From positions 20,623-84,622 of the forward strand of contig CAJODN010000010.1 in the NCBI GenBank assembly GCA_905233695.1: a stretch of DNA of 64,000 bases, written 5' to 3'. This document shows positions 18,626-28,800 of this stretch, one piece after another. Each line of letters starts with the position of its first letter. Position 1 is the first letter of the stretch. The DNA comes from an uncultured Lachnospiraceae bacterium. GTDB taxonomy: Bacteria > Bacillota > Clostridia > Lachnospirales > Lachnospiraceae. The notes below the pieces were generated by a model. It was not told where the DNA came from and made no database searches. It worked only from the letters and a program-made list of their open reading frames with translations. The position numbers and the translations under genes are program-made.

Positions 18626-20380
18626 ATGGTTAAGACAATCCTAAAAGAAGTAAAAGATTATACGGCGGATTCCATTAAGACGCCACTCTACATGCTGCTT
18701 GAAGTGGCAATGGAGATGGTAATTCCGCTTCTTATGGCTAATATTATCGACGAAGGTGTGAATAAAGGCGATATGAGCGTAATCTATACGACGGGAGCCC
18801 TTATGCTTGTTATGGCGGGAATCGGCCTCTTTGCGGGACTTCGCGGAGGTGATACCGGTGCGAGAGCGTCGGCGGGACTGGCGAAGAACCTTAGACAGAC
18901 TATGTTCGAAAGAATCCAGACATTTTCATTCAGTAATATCGATAAATTCTCATCGGCCAGCCTGATTACAAGGCTTACAACGGATGTAACCAACATCCAG
19001 AATGCCTATCAGATGGTGCTTCGACTCGGTGCACGTGCGCCTGCAAGCCTTATAGTGGCAATGATTATGTCATTTATAATAAGCCCCGAGCTTGCCAGCG
19101 TCTATCTTGTGGCTGTTATTGTACTTGGAATTATCCTGACAATCGGGCTTCTTTCGGTTCGTAAGATATTCTCGGTACTGTTCGAGCGCTACGATAAGCT
19201 TAACAACAGCGTCCAGGAAAACATCACGGGAATGCGCGTAGTTAAGGCATATGTAAGGGAAGAGCACGAGAAGAGTAAGTTCTCCGAGGCTTCCATGAGA
19301 CTTGCCCGTCAGTTCAAGAAGGGCGAGGGTATAATCGCATTTACCGCACCGGTAATGATGTTCGCCATATATGGCTGTATCCTCGTTATAAGTTGGCTTG
19401 GTGCCAATATGATTGTGTCGGAGACCCTTACAACGGGTGAACTTGTGAGTATGCTCGCCTATTGCATGAACATCCTTATAAGTCTTATGATGCTCTCCGT
19501 TATATTCCTTATGATTGCAATATCCACGGCATCTATGAAGCGTGTAAGCGAGGTGCTTACGGAAGAAGCGGATATTGTGAATCCCGAGAATCCTATAGAG
19601 GAAGTTCCCGATGGATCAATAGATTTCAGGGAAGTTGACTTTAGTTACAACCAAGATGGAAGCGGTAAAGTTCTTGAGAATGTGTCCCTTCACATTAATA
19701 AGGGTGAGACAATCGGTATTATCGGCGGTACGGGAAGCGGTAAGACGACACTTGTTAACCTTATCTCGAGACTTTACGACGTTAACAGCGGTGAGGTTCT
19801 TGTCGGTGGGGTAAATGTTAAGAATTACGACCTTGCGGTTCTTCGTAAGGAAGTATCCCATGTCCTCCAGGCAAATGTGCTGTTCTCAGGCACGATATAT
19901 GAGAACCTCCGTTGGGGTGATGTGGACGCCACTGACGAAGAATGTGAGAAAATGTGTAAGCTTGCCTGCGCCGACGAATTCATAGAAAGGATGCCGGAGG
20001 GCTATAATACGAAGATAGAGCAGGGCGGAACCAATGTATCCGGCGGTCAGAGGCAGAGACTCTGTATTGCCAGGGCGCTTCTAAGGAAGCCTAAGGTGCT
20101 TATCCTTGACGATTCCACCTCAGCAGTGGACACTTCAACAGATGCCAAGATAAGAAAGGCATTTCGTGAGGAAATACCCGGAACAACGAAGATTATTATC
20201 GCACAGCGTGTATCATCCGTGCAGGATGCCGACAGGATAATCGTTATGGACGACGGAGCCATTACGGGAATCGGAACACACGAAGAGCTTCTTATTAATA
20301 ATGATATATATAAGGATGTCTACGAGTCCCAGACCGGAGCGGGATCGGGCGACTTTGATGAGGCAGGTAGCGAGGAATAA
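18626..20380 (+). CDS. ABC exporter half-transporter (TMD-NBD), degenerate-site subunit
   Basis: 584 aa. Walker A GGTGSGKTT and signature VSGGQRQR. The Walker B region LILDDSTS has Asp where the catalytic Glu normally sits. Confidence 0.9.
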   Translation: MVKTILKEVKDYTADSIKTPLYMLLEVAMEMVIPLLMANIIDEGVNKGDMSVIYTTGALMLVMAGIGLFAGLRGGDTGARASAGLAKNLRQTMFERIQTFSFSNIDKFSSASLITRLTTDVTNIQNAYQMVLRLGARAPASLIVAMIMSFIISPELASVYLVAVIVLGIILTIGLLSVRKIFSVLFERYDKLNNSVQENITGMRVVKAYVREEHEKSKFSEASMRLARQFKKGEGIIAFTAPVMMFAIYGCILVISWLGANMIVSETLTTGELVSMLAYCMNILISLMMLSVIFLMIAISTASMKRVSEVLTEEADIVNPENPIEEVPDGSIDFREVDFSYNQDGSGKVLENVSLHINKGETIGIIGGTGSGKTTLVNLISRLYDVNSGEVLVGGVNVKNYDLAVLRKEVSHVLQANVLFSGTIYENLRWGDVDATDEECEKMCKLACADEFIERMPEGYNTKIEQGGTNVSGGQRQRLCIARALLRKPKVLILDDSTSAVDTSTDAKIRKAFREEIPGTTKIIIAQRVSSVQDADRIIVMDDGAITGIGTHEELLINNDIYKDVYESQTGAGSGDFDEAGSEE

Positions 20381-20452
20381 TGACTAACCGCGATGTATCG
20401 CGTTGGAATAACGGCGAAGTGCGGCGAGACACTATAGAGGAGGCGGAGTAAT

Positions 20453-22348
20453 ATGCCAAGACCGAAGGGACATATAAATAAGGAAGATTTTAAGAAGAAT
20501 TCGAAAGCGTTGGGCAGGCTTTTCAAGTTCCTGTTCAAAAACTACGGCTTTCAGCTTATAGTAGTGCTTATCTGCATACTTCTGTCTATATTCGCTTCTG
20601 TTCAGGGAATGCTGTTCATGCAGAACCTTATTGATGACTATATTACACCTATGCTTAAGACCGGAAGCCACGATTTCACACCCCTTTGGGAAGCAATTGT
20701 GAAGGTGGGCCTCTACTACGCCATCGGTATTTTGGCAACTCTTGTCTATAGGATGATTATGGTGTTCGTAACCCAGGGCACCCTGGATAAACTCAGGCGT
20801 GAACTCTTCTGCCATATGGAAGAGCTACCCATAAGCTATTTCGACACCCACGCCCACGGCGATATCATGTCGGTATACACCAACGATATCGATACAATGA
20901 GGCAGGTTATAAGTGAGTCCCTTCCCCAATTCATTAACAGTGCCATTACAATAGTGGCTGTAATTGCGTCAATGTTCGTACTTAACTGGGTTCTTACCCT
21001 TATTACTCTCGCTATGATATTCATTATGTTCCTTGTTACGAAGAAGCTGGCGGGTAATTCCGGTAAGCATTTTACCGCTCAGCAGAAGAACATCGGAATC
21101 GTCAACGGTCATATCGAAGAAATGATGACAGGCCAGAAGGTTGTTAAGGTATTTAACCACGAAGAAGAGTCAATCAAAGACTTTACAGAGCTCAACAGTG
21201 AACTCTTCGAGAGTTCTTACAAGGCGAATAAGTATTCCAATATGCTGGCTCCCGCCAATGCCCAGATTGGTAACTTAAGCTACGTAATAATTGCGGTTGT
21301 GGGCGGAATCCTTGCAATGTCGGGGCTCACAGGATTTACCCTGGGAGGCCTTGCAAGCTTCCTTTCCCTTAATAAGAGTATCAATATGCCGATCTCCATG
21401 GTGTCCCAGCAGTTTAGCTTCATTGTTATGGCGGCTGCCGGTGCTAAGCGCTACTTCGATGTGCTTGACGAAGAGTCCGAGGTTAACGATGGTTATGTTA
21501 CCCTGGTAAATGCGAAGGAAGAAAACGGGGAATTAATAGAGACTGAAGAACGTACAGGAATCTGGGCCTGGAAGCATACACATCAGGCAGACGGCTCCGT
21601 TACATACGTGCGGCAGCAGGGCGATATTACATTTAATGACGTAGACTTCGGCTATAAAGAAGATAATCTCGTGCTTCACAATATCAAGCTCTACGCCAAT
21701 CCGGGCCAAAAGATAGCATTCGTCGGCGCTACAGGCGCCGGTAAGACTACGATTATTAACCTTATTAACAGGTTCTATGATATTGATGACGGTAAGATTC
21801 GTTACGACGGAATTAACGTCAATAAGATTAAGAAGGAAGACTTAAGGCGCTCCCTTGGTATCGTTCTTCAGGATACCCACCTCTTCACAGGGTCCATTGC
21901 TGAGAACATACGCTATGGTAAACTCGATGCTACGGACGAAGAAGTCATTGCTGCGGCGAAATTATCTAATGCTCATTCCTTTATAAAGAGGCTTCCACAG
22001 GGGTATGATACCGTAATAGCGGGAGACGGAGCAAACCTAAGCCAGGGACAGCGTCAGCTTCTTGCCATTGCAAGGGCGGCAGTCGCAGATCCTCCGGCTC
22101 TTATCTTAGATGAAGCAACAAGCTCTATCGATACGAGAACAGAAAAGAAGATTCAAGCGGGAATGGATAACCTAATGCATGGCAGGACGACATTCGTAAT
22201 AGCCCATAGGCTCTCAACAATCCGTAATTCCGACTGTATTATGGTGCTCGAGAAGGGTAGAATCATAGAGCGTGGCTCTCATGAGGAGCTTATGGAAGAG
22301 CAAGGCAAGTACTACCAGTTGTATACGGGGAAGGTTGTTAACGCCTAG
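20453..22348 (+). CDS. ABC exporter half-transporter (TMD-NBD), consensus-site subunit
   Basis: 631 aa. Walker A GATGAGKTT and Walker B LILDEATS, with a non-canonical signature LSQGQRQ. Together with the previous gene this gives the asymmetric heterodimer pattern of the LmrCD/TM287-288 type. Confidence 0.9.
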   Translation: MPRPKGHINKEDFKKNSKALGRLFKFLFKNYGFQLIVVLICILLSIFASVQGMLFMQNLIDDYITPMLKTGSHDFTPLWEAIVKVGLYYAIGILATLVYRMIMVFVTQGTLDKLRRELFCHMEELPISYFDTHAHGDIMSVYTNDIDTMRQVISESLPQFINSAITIVAVIASMFVLNWVLTLITLAMIFIMFLVTKKLAGNSGKHFTAQQKNIGIVNGHIEEMMTGQKVVKVFNHEEESIKDFTELNSELFESSYKANKYSNMLAPANAQIGNLSYVIIAVVGGILAMSGLTGFTLGGLASFLSLNKSINMPISMVSQQFSFIVMAAAGAKRYFDVLDEESEVNDGYVTLVNAKEENGELIETEERTGIWAWKHTHQADGSVTYVRQQGDITFNDVDFGYKEDNLVLHNIKLYANPGQKIAFVGATGAGKTTIINLINRFYDIDDGKIRYDGINVNKIKKEDLRRSLGIVLQDTHLFTGSIAENIRYGKLDATDEEVIAAAKLSNAHSFIKRLPQGYDTVIAGDGANLSQGQRQLLAIARAAVADPPALILDEATSSIDTRTEKKIQAGMDNLMHGRTTFVIAHRLSTIRNSDCIMVLEKGRIIERGSHEELMEEQGKYYQLYTGKVVNA

Positions 22349-22378
22349 TCGTAAGGAGGGACTCACACGAAGTGTAGA

Positions 22379-22486
22379 CTTCTCAACGGTGAACCTCTAG
22401 ACAAGAAGTACGATGACCATCCCTTAAAAGGAGAATTCGTAGGAAGAACACGTCAAGAAATCTTCAAAAAGAATTATTAGGATCGT
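22379..22486 (+). pseudogene. C-terminal fragment of a YafQ/RelE-family toxin gene
   Basis: Translation LLNGEPLDKKYDDHPLKGEFVGRTRQE matches the YafQ block L..N..PLP..YKDHPLQG.W.G.R from memory. It has no N-terminal half and no start, the conserved H..PDWLLIY end is lost, and no antitoxin gene is present. Confidence 0.45.
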
Positions 22487-22685
22487 CGCGAATTTGGTTG
22501 AATCGAAAAACAACTAAAATTATTATGGAAACTCTCAAGGCAGATAGCTTGGTTGAATTATATACCAACCAATTACCCCATAAATTTTTCCAAAAATTCA
22601 GAAAAAATCATAAAGTTATCCACAACAATTGCCGATAAAATTACAGAAATAGTTTTTTTATGGGTGGAGTATGTGGATTTTTAGT

Positions 22686-22734
22686 ACATTTTCACAAGAA
22701 AATGTTTATTTTACCGCATACCTCATGCTATAAT
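22686..22734 (+). promoter_or_regulatory. candidate promoter of the giant surface-protein operon with an upstream palindrome
   Basis: Extended -10 TGcTATAAT at 22726-22734. An 8-bp inverted repeat ACATTTTC-ACAA-GAAAATGT at 22686-22705 is centred near -40. Confidence 0.45.
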
Positions 22735-22823
22735 GACTATATATGCGAATGTATAGATATAAGATTGATTTTAATACAAGATAAAGGATATATCGACCGA
22801 CTCCAGGGGGAAAGGAGTACTTT

Positions 22824-25800
22824 ATGGCAAAGTACAAAGATCAAGGAAGAAAATACGGAAAGAAAATACTCGCGGTATTGCTTGCGGTGGCCACAGTCTT
22901 AACCACAAGTTCTATTGATATGCAGGTGCTGGCGGCGACATATGGGGGAGATGGTGGCACAGCAAATAATTCGATAAATGTTGGTGGATCCCTTGGTGAG
23001 TTGGTAACAAATACCGGTCAGACTAAGAATCAGCAGCTAAACAAATTAAGCTTCATGATATCTCAGGATGAAGGTTATGACTATAATGTATATGTTGAGA
23101 TATATGAAAATCCATCTAAAAACCCGACAGACGGTGTTTTGAGAAAATCCTTTAACCTTCCGATAGGAACGGGTAGTGGAGAGAAAGAAGTAATAATTGG
23201 CGAAAGTCAAGACTATAATGTTGATATTAGCACAGGCAACGACGGTAATCCAATAGTCCTTACAGATGGTGAGACGCTTGGCGTTAGCGTTAAATTTACA
23301 ACCGGAGGGGCAGATAATAAGGTATCATATTATGAAACAACAGAGGGCACAGGCAAAGGATTCAGAAAACTTAACGCTTCTTCTTTAACGTGGTTAGAAA
23401 GAAATAACATTATTAAGGTTGAGACAAAAGACTATGATAGTGATCCGGATGATGCTGCGATAGCAACATTTAATGTTGACCCCGATAAGGATGTTATCGA
23501 TGTGGGAGAGTCACTTTCTCTAAGCACCACAATAACACCTGCTTATAAGAGAACTGTTACATATTATTCTGATGGTTCTGGCATTGATAAGAAAATAACA
23601 GTTAACGGAAGCACTGCTACAGGAGCGAAACCCGGAACGGCAACATTGACAGCTACATGTGGAAGCAACGAAAAAACAAAGGATATTAAAGTGGTTGAAT
23701 CGAGATTCAACACAACCGAGGAGACATATTCATGCACATATGGAGAAGAGCCGGACATTACAGTTAAATGTGATACGAACTTAACCAAGGGAACTGATTA
23801 TAAGCTCGTATATGACAATGATGAATCAATCGCCGGCACCAGCCTCGATGTAGGATATCACTCTGTTGTAGTTGAGGGAGTAGGAGATTATGCCGGATAT
23901 GAAAGCGGTTCTTTAGAGTTCCAGGTAACAGAGAAAGCGCTTGCAGAGAGCATGATTAATGTAGATTCGATAGTTATTGACACAACAAACAATAGTTTCG
24001 TATCTGCAACCGTTACAGATGGGGATAAGACCTTAGATTACTTGACTGATTACAATGTTGATGTTGATAGAACATCATATTCAACTACAGGCATATATTA
24101 TTCAATCACGTTTACGGGAATTAATAACTACACAGATCCATCTACTCCAATCGTAATAAACAAATCATTCGCACCGGGCTCAACAACGATTGACATTAAT
24201 TCCATTTTTGATGCGGATGCAACGAAGATAACTATCGATGAACGCACTTTTTTGAACGAGGATATTGATATCGGATACAGCGATATAACATTCGTTAATA
24301 AGGACGGAGAAGTAGTTACACTTAACGAGACGCAGTTTAATCAAATCTTCAAACCGATAACACAGGATTCGGATCGAAAGAATGTAGGAACCAAGACAAT
24401 TAAGCTGGAAGGAAAAACCGCAACGGATTCCACAGGAAAACAGACAGGATATACGGGAGAGATCTATCTTCATTATACAATTAAACCGAGATCATTAATG
24501 AAGCCCGGGGAAAACCAAAGAATAAATGTTAATGTAGAAACAAAGACATACACTCACGATAAATCAGCCCACACGCCGAAAGTTACCGTTACATATTATA
24601 ACGGTACATCTGAATCAACAGATCTTGTTGCCAGTGGTGATGTAGAGGTTAAGTATTCGGACAATGTCAATATAGGAACGGCAACTGTTAAGATAACCGG
24701 TAAGACTAACGGTAATTACAGTGATTACGTAGAAGATCATTTCACAATTCTTCCGGATTTTGAGAATGATGCAACAGTGTCAATAGAAGGTTCTCCAACA
24801 ACTGCAAGGGATGGCTGGTTATCTCCTTACAACGGAGCAACATATCAACCGGGTACGAAATGGACACCTAATGTAAAGCTTTTTATGGGCAATAATTCAA
24901 GTGATCCGGGTGACGAGACAAGATATCAGGTATATGATTTTACATGTACATACGAAGATAATGAAAAGCCTAACGATGGACCCGCTAAAGTGCATCTAAT
25001 AGGAAAATCCGGAACAGACTTAGACGGCTTAGATATAACAGCATATTTTATTATTAACAAGAGATCCCTCAATAGTTGCACCATTACATACACTCAAAGC
25101 CAGAAATACTCGGGAGAAGAGGTAACAACAGCATATTCTGTTAAGGATGGAACAATTACTCTAGCCGAAGGCGACGGAGGAGACTTCGACGTATCTTATA
25201 TTGATAATACTAATGTAGGAAAGGCAACAATAAACTTCACAGGAAGAGATGATGGAAACTATACAGGAACAGTTAGCAAGCAATTCACCATACAAGCGCG
25301 TCCTGTCAAAGATCTTACAGTAACTATTGATAATCAAGACTACACGGGTAGCGATGTAATTCCGGATACGTCGTCAGCCATCGTTAAGTTAGGCGATGTT
25401 ATAATTGATCCGTCTAATTATTACTTTACCAAAGGGAAAAATAGCGTAGGACCCGGTGAAGCAACGGCAATATTGCATGGACAGACAAACCTTACAGGTA
25501 CACGAGAAGACTCATTTACAATTGATCCGATGAGTCTTGTTGGGCTGGATTATTATGTAGATGGAGCCATATGTACAAAGGAGAATAATTATACTTATAA
25601 ATCTAATACTAAGATGGGATATACAGGTTCTGAAGTACAACCGGAACTTGTAATTAAAGACGGCGACTACACGTTACAGCCGGATGTTGACTATATTTTT
25701 GATTATAATAACAATATTAACGCAGGATGGGGCAACATATTCGTATACGGACAAGGCAAATATGCCGGAAGTGAATCAGAACCAAGAACCTCTGTTAAGT

Positions 25801-28800
25801 TTGAGATTGTTAAGAAGTCTATTAAAAACGATGCCGACGTTAATTTGAAAACTCCGAGTTACGAGTGGAGGGAAATAAGCGGAACTAAGTATGTGTTCCC
25901 GTCTGTTACAGTTACAGATAAGACAACAGGAAAAGCGCTTACGGAAGCAGAACGCAACGCTGACGGAACATATAAGATGGTCGGCGGAAAGTATGTAGGC
26001 GACTATATCATAGAATCAACTGCTACAGCAGTTGGAGAGAACCTTACTGCAACGATCAAGGGTGTTAACAACTATGATGTTGAAGGCGGAGATGTAACGG
26101 TTACTTATAATGCAGGTAAGAACATCGCCGGTGCTTCAGTAAGTATACTTCTCCCCAATGGAGGGGTAGTAGAAAAGGACGAATCTACAAAAGTATATGA
26201 GGTTACATATATCGGACAGAATCACCCGGATATTCATGTAATAGATGGAAAAGCGCTTACAGAAGAGACAGATTTCCATATTAATTGGCCAAGCTCCTTG
26301 ATATATGATGCTAATAAGGGTACCAATACCGTTACCATTGAAGGTATGGGTGACTATTATGGCACAGTAGAAACAAAGTATAAGATAATCCCGAAGAATT
26401 TATCTACAACAACCGATCCGGAAGGAACGGCTGACATCGTAGTGTCAGGCGGAACGACCAAAGTATATGACGGCAAGACATACGATATAGCTCCGGCAAT
26501 AAAATACTTTGTATACAGAGCCCCCTCGGGTTCGGGAAAGCAGGACATAATTGTTAACTTAACGAAGGGTAGCAACGCTGATTATACCACAGACCCGAAC
26601 AGTATAGGAGCCGATGTTACTGGTGATGACACCATCACGGCCACAGTTGAAGGACAAAACAACTACACGGGAACAGTAACAACGGGAACAGTAACAAGCT
26701 CCGGATACGGAATAAACCAGCGTTCTATAAATGACGATTATATTGAGATAGAAGGTCTTAATGCTAAGGAATATTATACAGGTTCACAGATCACACCGGA
26801 ACCTACGATATACCTTACTAACGGTGAGACCGACAGAAGTAAGTGGATTAAGCTTACAAAGGGAACGGACTATGATGTAACTTATGGTGAGAACGTTAAT
26901 ACTTCCGGAACAGTAAGTATATCCGGAAAAGGAAACTATAAAGATGCTTGTGTTAAAACATTTACAATAGAGAAGAGAAGTATCTTAGATGATACAATTA
27001 CCATAAGAGTTGAGGACAAGAAGACATATAACGGAGAAGAACAAAAGCCATATGTTGAGCTTGTATCAACGATTGGATCCGAGACATATTATTTACGAGA
27101 AACCGTGGATTATGAACTTATATGCCCTCAAGACCTAAATACTAATGACGAAAGTAACGTGTTAGTTGGAGAAGGAAATGCGACTTCAGGTCCCAGGGTG
27201 ACAATTAAAGGAATAGGAAAGTATTCGGGAGAGACAACAAAGGGATTCAGGATTACAGGTAATCTTAATGACTCAGAATATTTCCAAGTCGGAGAATTAG
27301 ACGGACAAGCAGTTGATCAGAAATACTATACGATTAACAAGTCCGTATCCGGCTACAGTGTTGATTTCGGCAGTGCTTATAATATACAGTATGCCGACAG
27401 TGCGCACAAGGGAACAGTGGTGAGTCCTCATAGCGAATGTACGTTGACACAGCCCTCAACTATAGCCCCCGGTAAGCGAACAGCAATGGTTACAAGTAGT
27501 AATAGCCTGCTTACGGGAGATTGTGCAAAGGAAGTGGAACTTCACGGAAGCTTAGCTGACCTATCAACTGTTGAAGTAAATACGAATCAGCCTTACACGG
27601 GTTATCCCGTAGAGCCCGTTCCTACATTGGTAAAATACAACAATGTAGATTTAACAGGTTCAAGCGCATATAAAGTGACATATGACGACGATCATACAAG
27701 TGTTGGATCGCATAAGTTGTATCTTCGCCCGAATTCGGACTATTATACGGGCTATTATGGGCCGATTGATTATACGGTGTCCTATGACCTTGGCAAAGCA
27801 GATGTCACATTATCTTATTGGACAACCACGTATGACGGTACGGAGCAAAAACCGGAGGTAACAAGTGTTAAAGTAGGAGCCAACACGGTTCCTGAATCTG
27901 AATACACGGTGTCCTATAGTGCGGATACAACTAATAGCGGTAAGAAAACAGTAACAGTTACCGGTACAGGATCAACATTGACAGGAATTGCGACAGCGGA
28001 ATATACAATTAATCCCCGTACGCTAACAAATAATAATACCAATATAACACTTGACCAAACGGATTGGGATTATACCGGCAAGGAGATTAAGCCGGTAGTT
28101 ACAGTGGAATGCACTGAACTTGGTGTAACCGACAAGACACTAAAGCTTGGATCAGATTATACGGTTGCATATCCCGAGGACAGAATAAGTGCTGGAAATA
28201 AAGTAATAACAATTAATGCAACAACCGACGGTCTCGCTAACTACAGAGGTTCTGTTACAGCAACTTACAATGTCAAAAAAGGAACACTTAATGCAGACGA
28301 GATTCAGGTATCCGATGCCATTTATGCCGGTGGATACGCAGTAACACCTACGATAACAGGAACATTTAATGGCAAGGAGATTAACCCGGACACCGATCTT
28401 GAGATTGTAAGTAATACGAGTGATACACCAAATTGGGGCGTAGGAACGGCAACAATTAAACTAAAGGGAAAAGGCAATTTTGCGGAAACACCCATCATTA
28501 CGAAGACATATAACATTGTTGCAGCCAACTTAAACGATACCACGATAGAACTTGAGGATAACTGGCATGAATATACAGGATCCGATTTAACAAGCACCGC
28601 CGAAAACAATATGGTGGTTAAGATTGACGCGGGAGGAGGCAATTTTGTTCCTCTTACGTACGGTACACACTATACTCTGCAATTCGGAGATGGTGGTGAA
28701 ATGACCAATCATGGACAGTACAGTGTTAAGATTATTGCTGTACCGGGAAGTAATTATACCGGGACTGTGTCAGATCCCACGAAGTACTATTATACTGTTA

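Noticed and set aside
22616-22624. Second perfect DnaA box TTATCCACA, with a 7/9 match about 50 nt away, upstream of the giant gene
   Set aside because: Two boxes do not make an origin and no other oriC features are present. I kept it only as a possible regulatory site, without support.
22653-22659. T7 homopolymer upstream of the giant-protein promoter as a phase-variation tract
   Set aside because: It is short and lies about 70 nt upstream of the -10, outside the -35/-10 spacer and the coding sequence. There is no evidence of slippage relevance.
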